Positions 50,283-58,433 of a stretch of DNA of 64,000 bases are shown in pieces. The number at the start of each line of letters is the position of its first letter. Within the stretch, counting starts at the first letter, position 1. The position numbers and the translations under genes are program-made. The notes under the pieces were generated by a model, which was given only the letters and a program-made list of their open reading frames with translations, was not told the origin of the DNA and did not search any database. This DNA comes from a virus (lineage: Duplodnaviria; Caudoviricetes): positions 32,001 through 96,000 of IMG/VR virus record IMGVR_UViG_3300019378_000009; one strand, 5' to 3'.

Positions 50283-50432
50283 AAAGGAGCTAGCGCCCGG
50301 GCGGCCGACTGGGATTGTTAAATTTTTCACAAACAAGCAAGTGGGAAAATTTTAAAAAATTTTTAAAAAAGAGCTTGACAAATCAAAGCTTTTGTGATAT
50401 AATATACTTGTAAGAAAGAGAGGATACAACCA

Positions 50433-50915
50433 ATGTATAGACTTGATAGAATGAGAAAACAATACGAACAATTCACTGCCGCAGAGGGTTACATCATCGG
50501 CTTCCGTGATGGCGACAAGGTGTATGCGGTAGACCTTGATAAAATACCTCGCAGATACACCAGAATACAAAAGGAAAGCAAGAGCAACGGTGGTGGCTAT
50601 GGCTTGTATGTAAAAATCACCGAACCTGCTATCCTGTCCGAGCTACTGCCGAAAGCCTACTATGTATGCGAGCTTGCCGACCTCATAGACAATGACGGAC
50701 ACCTCAACGGCAAGGGCGAACTCAAACACTTTAACAAAGGTGTTATGTTTGAAAAGAAAATATGGGAACTCAACGGTATGGAGTTCAGGGGCAAGGACAG
50801 TGTAAGATTTTACGAAAGTGGTGATATTACCATTGACGGAAAAGAAATACAAATTAAGTTTGAATGGGCAAGAATTTGTTATGACCGCACACTAAAAAGA
50901 CTGACCGCCAAATAA
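50433..50915 (+). CDS. putative PD-(D/E)XK-like nuclease (circularly permuted relative to 48924)
   Basis: NKGVMFE...SGDITIDGKEIQIK near the C-terminus; own promoter and SD. Confidence 0.6.
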   Translation: MYRLDRMRKQYEQFTAAEGYIIGFRDGDKVYAVDLDKIPRRYTRIQKESKSNGGGYGLYVKITEPAILSELLPKAYYVCELADLIDNDGHLNGKGELKHFNKGVMFEKKIWELNGMEFRGKDSVRFYESGDITIDGKEIQIKFEWARICYDRTLKRLTAK

Positions 50916-51020
50916 GGCGGCCGGTCCCGGCCCGGGCGGCCGTTCATAATTTATTTACATTTGAGGGGTTGACTTTTCCCTCTCGGTGTGATATAATATA
51001 TAGAAAGTGAGGACACGAAT

Positions 51021-51164
51021 ATGTTGCAAAAGAATATAGAAAAACAAGAGCGAAAAAATCGCAAAACTTGGCAGGGATATTTCACTCGCAAGACACCAAC
51101 CAAGAAAGAAAAAGAAGAAAAAAATCGTAAAAAATACAAAAAAGGTATTGACAAAGACGATTGA
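51021..51164 (+). CDS. small highly basic protein (47 aa)
   Basis: Promoter at 50969, GAGG SD, MLQKNIEKQERKNRKTWQGYFTRKTPTKKEKEEKNRKKYKKGIDKDD. Confidence 0.6.
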   Translation: MLQKNIEKQERKNRKTWQGYFTRKTPTKKEKEEKNRKKYKKGIDKDD

Positions 51165-51211
51165 ATGTGTTATAATATATATGTAAGAAAAAGAAAGACG
51201 AGGTAATCAAA

Positions 51212-51466
51212 ATGGAAACCACTTACAGTGTAGAAGCAAAGTGCGATAAGACAAGCGGAATGAATGTCGAGTTCAAGGGCATTGACAATTTGGAAAGTGC
51301 GATGGCGTGTGTAACCACTCTTGAGTTGGCATTTCCAAATATCACCGTCATTTGTGAACAGACGGGCGAAATAATGTATCACCGTTTGATGTCGTTTGAG
51401 ATTTTCAATCCCAGTATGGAAATGGGTAAGGCAATCTTCAAGGCAGAGTGTGATATGTACTTTTAA
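51212..51466 (+). CDS. hypothetical cassette protein
   Basis: Promoter at 51148, GAGGT SD, downstream hairpin. Confidence 0.7.
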   Translation: METTYSVEAKCDKTSGMNVEFKGIDNLESAMACVTTLELAFPNITVICEQTGEIMYHRLMSFEIFNPSMEMGKAIFKAECDMYF

Positions 51467-51644
51467 AGGACAAGGCGCGAATCGGTAGTTATATCGGTTC
51501 GCGCCAAACACATTCTTCTCGGTTAGCATATGCTAACTCGTGCCCGGGCGCTTTGTGCACTTTGTACATATTTGGGGCGAAAACTTTTTTATTTTTGTGT
51601 AATTTGACGATTGACTTTTCACTCATTATATGATATAATATTAG

Positions 51645-51745
51645 TGTCAAGAGGGGAAGGGGTATAAACGGTCGCCACTTGCAAGCCTTCCATTGATAAA
51701 GGTGCCGAAAAATTTTTTGAAAAATTTTTCAAAAACCTCTTGACA
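51645..51745 (+). ncRNA. ORF-less unit bounded by inverted repeats (candidate sRNA) B
   Basis: TGTCAAGAGG...CCTCTTGACA following the promoter at 51611. Confidence 0.45.
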
Positions 51746-51773
51746 AACCATAAGTTTTGTGGTATAATATAAA

Positions 51774-51886
51774 TGTCAAGGGGCGGTGTTAAGCAACCGA
51801 GAAGGACACACATAAGCGCAATCGTGTTTGATGAAGTCGGGACTGCCGAAAAAATTTTTGAAAAACTTTTCAAAAACCCCTTGACA
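51774..51886 (+). ncRNA. ORF-less unit bounded by inverted repeats (candidate sRNA) C
   Basis: TGTCAAGGGG...CCCCTTGACA following the promoter at 51740. Confidence 0.45.
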
Positions 51887-51968
51887 AATCACCAAAAGTG
51901 TGATATAATATAAATGTAAATAAGGAGAGCCGACACTCCATTAACAAACGGAGAAAAGGAAGAAAAAT

Positions 51969-52298
51969 ATGGCAACTATCGCATTTATCAACGAAAACGG
52001 AAATGTATCGGCAAAGGTTCGTGAGCGTCTTAAGTCGCAGACTATGACCGCTATCACAAAGGCTATGGACAAGTGCAACCTTGAAACCATAGTCAATGCA
52101 GACAAGGGCTTGTCTATCCCTCTCGGCACTGACAAGACCAACGGTAACCCCATTTACGCACACATCTCGGTTGTGATTTCACAACACAACCCTGCGGAAA
52201 AGACCGCAAAGACCAAGACCAAGACCAAGAAAAAGGTCGCAGACGAGGTCGCTCTCCCCGACATTTTCGGGGCAGTAGACGAGGGTGAGGGAGAGTAA
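51969..52298 (+). CDS. hypothetical protein, paralog family B
   Basis: Paralog of 60154-60504 (F.NE.GNVSAK.R...VNAD.GLSI...LPDIF); Lys-rich tail. Confidence 0.75.
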   Translation: MATIAFINENGNVSAKVRERLKSQTMTAITKAMDKCNLETIVNADKGLSIPLGTDKTNGNPIYAHISVVISQHNPAEKTAKTKTKTKKKVADEVALPDIFGAVDEGEGE

Positions 52299-52443
52299 TC
52301 TCCCTCTCACAAACACCTGTCCGCCATTGGCGGACGGCGCCCGGGCGGCCGGAATTGTGAACAAATTGTTAACTTTTATAAAACTATTGACAAATCAAAA
52401 CAAATGCGATATAATATTAGTGTAAGAAAGAGAGGAAAACAAT

Positions 52444-52683
52444 ATGACAATTAAAGAGTTGCCACTTATTTATAATGTTGATAAGGTTGTAGTGTATAAT
52501 AAAAGAGGTCTTGTATCTTCCTTTTGGAGAAACTCACAATTTAGTCTTGCCGAGCAAGTCGAATATAACCGCACACAGTTAATCGGTGCAGAAAATGTTC
52601 TTAATGAAAAAATTGAGTCAATGAGTATTGGTGTATCGGGTATTGCCGACAATGTGATAACTTTAGAAATTTATTTAAAATAA
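52444..52683 (+). CDS. hypothetical cassette protein
   Basis: Promoter at 52387, GAGG SD. Confidence 0.7.
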   Translation: MTIKELPLIYNVDKVVVYNKRGLVSSFWRNSQFSLAEQVEYNRTQLIGAENVLNEKIESMSIGVSGIADNVITLEIYLK

Positions 52684-52755
52684 ATTTTCCAAAACCCCTT
52701 GACAAATCGGTTTGTTTGTGATATAATATAGGTGTAAGAAAGAGAGGTAACAACT

Positions 52756-53004
52756 ATGATTTCAAGAAAAGAAGCCGAAAGAACTACTGATGCATACTAC
52801 GAGGTTGAAAGAGTACTTGGAGAGGTTGACGATATGATGCTCACCAAAGAAGAAATCTATGCAAGATTTCCGTGTGATTGCGATGGAGTGCCATACATCA
52901 CCATCTCCGCTTTTGAAAATGCTCTCCGCAACCTAATGCATATGCGACACATAGACAGTGTATGCGTAAGGGGTGTTCGCCACTACGGAGCCGTCAGAAG
53001 ATGA
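52756..53004 (+). CDS. small winged-helix-like protein
   Basis: LTKEEIY...ITISAFENALRNL......G...Y; promoter at 52699. Confidence 0.6.
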   Translation: MISRKEAERTTDAYYEVERVLGEVDDMMLTKEEIYARFPCDCDGVPYITISAFENALRNLMHMRHIDSVCVRGVRHYGAVRR

Positions 53005-53141
53005 CGGCTTGGCGGCCCGGGCGCTTTGTGCACTTTGTACACTTTTCCCCGAAAAATTAGTGCATTTTTGTGCAACTTGCCATATTGACAAATGCGGAAA
53101 AATGTGATATAATTATAGTACCAAAGGAAAGAGAGGAACAT

Positions 53142-53594
53142 ATGATGCTTGGAAACACCATTCTTGCACTCAACGACATCAAGGAACTTGAAGTCAAAAT
53201 CTCCGACACCAAGAACGGAGAATGTATCCACCAAACCCAACGAAACGGCATAGGTGCGAAACTCCGTGAAGCACTTGCCAACGATTTCTTGCAGATTTTT
53301 CCCTACTCGGAAAATGCAGAGGACATCGTGGCTTATGTAACGGACGACGGGCTTGTGCTTGAAATTCCCAACCAAAGCGTCAAAGACGGCATTTCCAATG
53401 TGAACGGCAGTGGCGCAATCACTGTGGAACTCGGCTTTACGGTTAAGAACTTGGAATACAATGCACAAGACGAAAGCGAAAGCCACAAGGTCAAGGTTGC
53501 CGAAAAAGAAGCCAAAGCAAAGGAACTTGCCGAAAAGAAGGCAAAGAAAATTGCGAAAGACAATGCGGCTCGCAAGAAGGCAAAGGGAGAGTAA
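53142..53594 (+). CDS. hypothetical protein, paralog family A
   Basis: Paralog of 56707 and 61200 (DG..LE.PN.SV.D.I.N..GSGAI..E..FT.K.LEYNA.D); SD-supported ATG at 53142. Confidence 0.8.
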   Translation: MMLGNTILALNDIKELEVKISDTKNGECIHQTQRNGIGAKLREALANDFLQIFPYSENAEDIVAYVTDDGLVLEIPNQSVKDGISNVNGSGAITVELGFTVKNLEYNAQDESESHKVKVAEKEAKAKELAEKKAKKIAKDNAARKKAKGE

Positions 53595-53734
53595 TCTCCC
53601 TCGCCAAGCCGACCAAATGTAAAGTTTGGTTGGCGCGGCGCCCGGGCCGTTCATAATTTATTTACAATTTAGGTATTGACAAGTCAGTTATTTTATGATA
53701 TAATATATACATCAAGAGAAAGAAGGATAATAAT

Positions 53735-53983
53735 ATGAAATTTCAGCAAATCAGTAGAAGCAAAAGACACGCCAAATTTTATGACGCTTGCACAGGGGAA
53801 ATCTTTTTCGCAAAAGGTTTCACTTATATGAAAACCGATGATAATGATATGGTTAATGCCGTTCAATTAGACGGTATTGAGAGGGGAGAATTAACATTCT
53901 TTGAAGAAGGTGAAGATATTGACATTCTCAAAAGCGAAGTCGTTATCAACTACGAAGCAAACGAGGTGTTGTCGTGGATTTAA
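53735..53983 (+). CDS. hypothetical cassette protein
   Basis: Promoter at 53676, AAGGA SD. Confidence 0.7.
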   Translation: MKFQQISRSKRHAKFYDACTGEIFFAKGFTYMKTDDNDMVNAVQLDGIERGELTFFEEGEDIDILKSEVVINYEANEVLSWI

Positions 53984-54105
53984 CGGAATGCCAACTTTTG
54001 TTGGCACGCCCGGGCGGACGTTCACAAATTGTTTACAATTTGGATATTGACAAATCGTTTTATTTGTGATATAATATATACACAAGGAAAAAGGAGATAA
54101 ACAAA

Positions 54106-54408
54106 ATGAAAGTAAATCTTATGGTAAATTGGGAAGAAAAGGAAATTCTCACTGTCCAGGAACTTGACGAACGCATTGATGCGAGAGTTGACAAGGTGAT
54201 GCTGGACGCCGATGCTTATGACGAGCATCTTGATGACTATATTGACTGTAACTATACCAAGAGAGAACTCTTTGATGCTTTGTCTGGTAGCGATGCAGAG
54301 AGAGAAAGGGTACTTTCCGACATTCGTTCAGGAGTTGGCGAGAGCATTTACGATTGGGTGAATATGGATATCAGTGGCAATTTCCACGATGTAACCATAG
54401 AGGTCTAA
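54106..54408 (+). CDS. acidic hypothetical cassette protein
   Basis: Promoter at 54047, AAGGAG SD; D/E-rich. Confidence 0.7.
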   Translation: MKVNLMVNWEEKEILTVQELDERIDARVDKVMLDADAYDEHLDDYIDCNYTKRELFDALSGSDAERERVLSDIRSGVGESIYDWVNMDISGNFHDVTIEV

Positions 54409-54603
54409 CAAACAAGGCGCGAACTCAAAAAGTTGGGTTCGCGCTTTCTACATAAAATAGATTGTTAAATATTTAACAAGGGCGTGCCCGGGCGGTTCAT
54501 CGTTTTGCACAAAATGAAGTGTCAAACAAATAAAAACTTTGTGCAATATTACTACTTGACTTTCTCATTATTTTATGGTATAATTAGTATGTAAGAAAGA
54601 GAG

Positions 54604-54888
54604 GTGATTGTTATATTACTTGCAACAATGTGGAACTCAATCAAAGATATATTTCAACCGATATACTGTAAGACTTGTAAGTCAAAGCATTACGCGACAA
54701 TCGGTTTCATATGGCACTTATGGAGAAAACACGGTATCAAAATCACAAGGCGAGATTTTAAGTTTTTGGCAAAGTATAACTTAATAACAAGGTTAGTTGT
54801 CGGTGTGTTGTGTGCCGTGTTCTTTGTTCCATTGCTCGTGTTAAAGTTTATCTTGCTTCCGTTGTATTACTTATACAAAATTTTATAA
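54604..54888 (+). CDS. C2H2-like Zn finger plus transmembrane segment
   Basis: CKTC...HLWRKH followed by a hydrophobic C-terminus. Confidence 0.6.
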   Translation: MIVILLATMWNSIKDIFQPIYCKTCKSKHYATIGFIWHLWRKHGIKITRRDFKFLAKYNLITRLVVGVLCAVFFVPLLVLKFILLPLYYLYKIL

Positions 54889-54901
54889 AGGAGAATAAAA
54901 A

Positions 54902-55114
54902 ATGATTACAGTAGAAGTTACCGCAGAAGTCTTATATACTTGCGAACTCACCGCAGAGGACGAAGAAAAGGTAAAGGCATTTGCCGAAGAAAATGATGTT
55001 GAGTTGGCGGTTGCCGTTGGGGAACTCTATTCAGTAGGAGAAATCAATTTATACAAAAATTCCGTTGAAAGCGATTTCAGTACCGAAAGAATTGATGACG
55101 CATACGAAGAGTGA
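54902..55114 (+). CDS. very acidic small protein
   Basis: AAGGAG SD; E/D-rich. Confidence 0.7.
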   Translation: MITVEVTAEVLYTCELTAEDEEKVKAFAEENDVELAVAVGELYSVGEINLYKNSVESDFSTERIDDAYEE

Positions 55115-55266
55115 GTTAGCATATGCTAACTCGCCCGGGCGCATTGTGCATACTGCACAACATATAAGGCGCGGATTGTAAAAAGTTTGTGTATATTGCC
55201 ATATTGACTTTTGGTTTATTATATGATATAATAAGAATGTAAAAAGGAAGAAACGAGGTAAACAAA

Positions 55267-55764
55267 ATGAATTGGTTTGAATTTTCTTTGAGCGGTTTCC
55301 TTGCCGTATTTATCGTGCTTAATATTGTCAATGTAATTATCCAAACTGTCAAGTCTATTGCTACTATCAAGTGCAGTGCTTGGGCGGCAGCAGGTGTTAA
55401 TGCACTTGCCTATGGTTTATATACCATCGTGGTGGTATATATGAACGCAGACGGACTTGGTCTGTTTTGGAAAGCAATAATTATAGGTGTTGCCAACTTG
55501 CTCGGTGTGTATGTTGTCAAAGTTATTGAGCAGAAGAAAAGAAAAGATAAACTTTGGAAAGTTGAAGCAACCGTTGACCGCACCTCTATTACTCGCTTGG
55601 ATAATAACCTTGACGAAGCACACATACCCCATAACTATGTAGTTGCAGGCAAATACGGAATTTTTAATTGCTACTGTGCAACCCAAAAGGAAAGCCTTGT
55701 AGTAAAAGAAATTTTGGATATGTATGGTGCAAAATATTTTGCAAGTGAGAGTAAACCCCTCTAA
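55267..55764 (+). CDS. membrane protein (UPF0316/DUF5698-like)
   Basis: Three hydrophobic helices followed by a soluble C-terminal domain. Confidence 0.6.
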   Translation: MNWFEFSLSGFLAVFIVLNIVNVIIQTVKSIATIKCSAWAAAGVNALAYGLYTIVVVYMNADGLGLFWKAIIIGVANLLGVYVVKVIEQKKRKDKLWKVEATVDRTSITRLDNNLDEAHIPHNYVVAGKYGIFNCYCATQKESLVVKEILDMYGAKYFASESKPL

Positions 55765-55908
55765 ACGAGGGGCTAGCGCCCGGGCGGTTCGTCATTTTGC
55801 ACAATAAACAAATAAGAAATTAAAAAATGTTTGTGCAATATGCCATATTGACTTTTCCATTTGTTTGTGATATAATATATATGTAAGTGAAAGAAAGGAA
55901 CCACTCCA

Positions 55909-56550
55909 ATGATAGTAATTATGTTTGACACCGAAACCACCAACGAAATTGATTGCCCTTTTTGTTACGATTTTGGCTTCTCCGTCCTCGACACCGACAA
56001 GCAAAAAATTCTTGAAAAGCACTCCTATGTTGTAGCAGATATTTTTTGCGACAAATCGCTTATGGCTTCCGCCTATTTTGCAGATAAGATACCGCAATAT
56101 TGGGAAGATATTAAAAGCGGAAAAAGAATGCTCCGCAAATGGTCAACCATTAAAGCAATAGTCAGAGAGGTAATGGCACAATATAACATTGATACCGTAA
56201 TTGCCCATAATGCTCGCTTTGACTACTGTTCAACCGCCACTACGCAAAGATACCTCACCTACTCTAAATACAGATACTTTTTCCCTTATGGCACGAAATT
56301 TGTTTGCACTCTCAAAATGTCAAGAGAGGTATTTGGTAAAGACGAAAATTATATTGCTTTTTGCGAAGAAAATAATTACCTCACCACCTATAACAAACCT
56401 CGCTTTACTGCCGAAATAATTTACCGCTTTCTCACCAACAACACCGATTTTGTTGAAAGCCATACGGGGCTTGAAGATGTGGAAATTGAAACGGAAATTT
56501 ATCTTGAATGTATAAAGAGAATGCCCTCGGTTGACGGACTGCTTTGGTAA
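55909..56550 (+). CDS. DEDDh-family 3'-5' exonuclease
   Basis: FDTETT, AHNARFD, HTGLED. Confidence 0.85.
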   Translation: MIVIMFDTETTNEIDCPFCYDFGFSVLDTDKQKILEKHSYVVADIFCDKSLMASAYFADKIPQYWEDIKSGKRMLRKWSTIKAIVREVMAQYNIDTVIAHNARFDYCSTATTQRYLTYSKYRYFFPYGTKFVCTLKMSREVFGKDENYIAFCEENNYLTTYNKPRFTAEIIYRFLTNNTDFVESHTGLEDVEIETEIYLECIKRMPSVDGLLW

Positions 56551-56706
56551 GTGGTCCGCCAATGGCGGACAGCGCCCGGGCGTTTGTGCACCTTGCACAA
56601 AAACACCGCCCAAAACTTACAAAAATTTGTGCAATATGCCATATTGACTTTTACCCAATTATGTGGTATAATAAGTATGTAAGAAAGAGAAAGAGAGGTA
56701 ACAACT

Positions 56707-57180
56707 ATGCCCAACTTTATTAACACCAACACCGCCCTCAATGCCCTTAAAGGTACTACCGTTAAGGTAAGTCAGACCAAGAATGGCGAGGCTATCCACC
56801 AGACTATGCGAAATAAAATCGGTGCGGTACTGCGTGAGGCTCTTTTTGCAGACCTTAAAGAGATTTTCCCCACCTCTACCAACCCCGAAGATATCGTAGC
56901 ATACCTCACCGCAGACGGAATTATTCTCGAGATTCCTAACGAGAGTGTAAAAGACACTATCACCAATGTAAACGGTAGCGGTGCAATAAGCCTTGAAATC
57001 GGCTTTACTGTTAAAAATCTTGAATACAACGCACAGGACAGTGCAGAGGCATACGAGGTAGACAGAGCCGAAAAAGAGGCGAAAGCCAAAGCCAAAGAAG
57101 AGGCAAAGGCGAAGAAAATCGCCAAAGACGAGGCAGACCGCAAAGCCAAAGCCAAAGCAAAGGCGGAAAAGGGGGCATAG
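56707..57180 (+). CDS. hypothetical protein, paralog family A
   Basis: Close paralog of 53142; K/A/E-rich tail. Confidence 0.8.
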   Translation: MPNFINTNTALNALKGTTVKVSQTKNGEAIHQTMRNKIGAVLREALFADLKEIFPTSTNPEDIVAYLTADGIILEIPNESVKDTITNVNGSGAISLEIGFTVKNLEYNAQDSAEAYEVDRAEKEAKAKAKEEAKAKKIAKDEADRKAKAKAKAEKGA

Positions 57181-57333
57181 TCCCTCTTTTCTTTTGCGGA
57201 AGATTGTTAAAAATTTAACAAGCCGGCCCGGGCCGCGTTCATAAAAAATTCATAAATAAATTTTGAAAAAACTATTGACAAATTGACTTGTTTATGATAT
57301 AATATATACACAAAGGAAAAGGGAGAAAAGAAA

Positions 57334-57651
57334 ATGATTGAAAAAGAATTTGACTTAACCACTCTCACAGATGAAGAACTTGCCGATTTTCATACGGCAT
57401 GGGTAAACGAAGCAAAACGAAGAGATAAACAACGCAGACGAAATGCCGCATTGCTCTTATACGAGGCGGTAGGTCAATTCATTGACACTATGGCGCACTA
57501 TGACTTTGTAAAGTTGGTATCAATGGAGTTTGTCAATGAAGAGGGCGAGGATTGTGAGTTTGATATCAATGTTTTCGGTGAAGAGGTACTTACCAACATT
57601 CGTGAAACTTTGCGGTTAGAGATAGGTCAGTATAGCGGAGAGGACGAGTAA
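57334..57651 (+). CDS. acidic hypothetical cassette protein
   Basis: Promoter at 57275, GGGAG SD. Confidence 0.7.
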   Translation: MIEKEFDLTTLTDEELADFHTAWVNEAKRRDKQRRRNAALLLYEAVGQFIDTMAHYDFVKLVSMEFVNEEGEDCEFDINVFGEEVLTNIRETLRLEIGQYSGEDE

Positions 57652-57818
57652 TCGTCCTTTTCGGCATTTAATTTGTGGCAAAAGTTCTGCCCGGGCATTC
57701 GTCATTTTGCACAAAAATCAGTTCGCGCGGTGTGAAAAGTTTGTGCATTTTGACTATTGACTTTTTACTGATTATGTGGTATAATATGTATGTAAGTAAG
57801 AGAGAGGAGAACATCAAA

Positions 57819-57974
57819 ATGACTTGCCATTATACCGTCAAAGACCTTATTGAATATCTTGAAACCTTACCCAAAGATACCGAACTTAAAATTGAGAGAG
57901 CAAGCGGCAATCTCACGGACGGCTTCGACCTTGAATACGAGGACGGCAACCTTATCCTCTGCAATGCTTATTAA
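57819..57974 (+). CDS. small hypothetical protein
   Basis: GAGGAG SD, ATG at 57819; TVKDLIEYLETLPKD motif common in small phage proteins. Confidence 0.65.
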   Translation: MTCHYTVKDLIEYLETLPKDTELKIERASGNLTDGFDLEYEDGNLILCNAY

Positions 57975-57990
57975 AGAAGGGAGAACGAAA

Positions 57991-58194
57991 ATGATGTATG
58001 TATATCTTGTTTATGAAGAGTGCCACGGTTTGGTAATGGTCTGTGGCTCTGAAATGGGAGCAATCAACAAGGTTAATAGCCTCGCCCCTAACTATGGCAT
58101 TGACCCCGAAACAACACCGCTTGACTATAACTCCCATCACCATTATGGTTGGGAAGGTGCGGTATATTTTGTGAAAGAGGTGGTATTTGACTAA
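57991..58194 (+). CDS. small hypothetical protein
   Basis: GGGAG SD, ATG at 57991 (MMYVYLVYEE...). Confidence 0.6.
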   Translation: MMYVYLVYEECHGLVMVCGSEMGAINKVNSLAPNYGIDPETTPLDYNSHHHYGWEGAVYFVKEVVFD

Positions 58195-58433
58195 TGATAG
58201 TAACAAAATATGAACATCTAATAGACGGCTCTGAATATGACGAAGAAGATGTCAGAGATGTCGCGGCGGAACATATCACGTGGGATAACTTGAACGAGGC
58301 GTTAGACGATTTTGATTTTCATTGGTTGTGGCAACATTTAACCCAAGAGGGACAAATGGAACTATATGACAAAGCAATTGAAACCTACCAAGAAGAATAT
58401 TTTTCCGCCATTGAAGTAGAAGAGGACGAGTAA
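58194..58433 (+). CDS. very acidic small protein
   Basis: TAATG coupling to the previous gene; D/E-rich. Confidence 0.65.
   Translation: MIVTKYEHLIDGSEYDEEDVRDVAAEHITWDNLNEALDDFDFHWLWQHLTQEGQMELYDKAIETYQEEYFSAIEVEEDE

Noticed and set aside
49448-51783. Divergent promoters from the TGTCAA (reverse TTGACA) motifs
   Set aside because: No acceptable -10 lies 17 bp downstream on the minus strand (ATCACT and AATGAG for units A and B).
49533-51876. CodY boxes in the AAAATTTTTGAAAAATTTTTCAAAAA tracts
   Set aside because: There are several mismatches to AATTTTCWGAAAATT in very AT-rich DNA. They are equally explained as UP elements or a hairpin.
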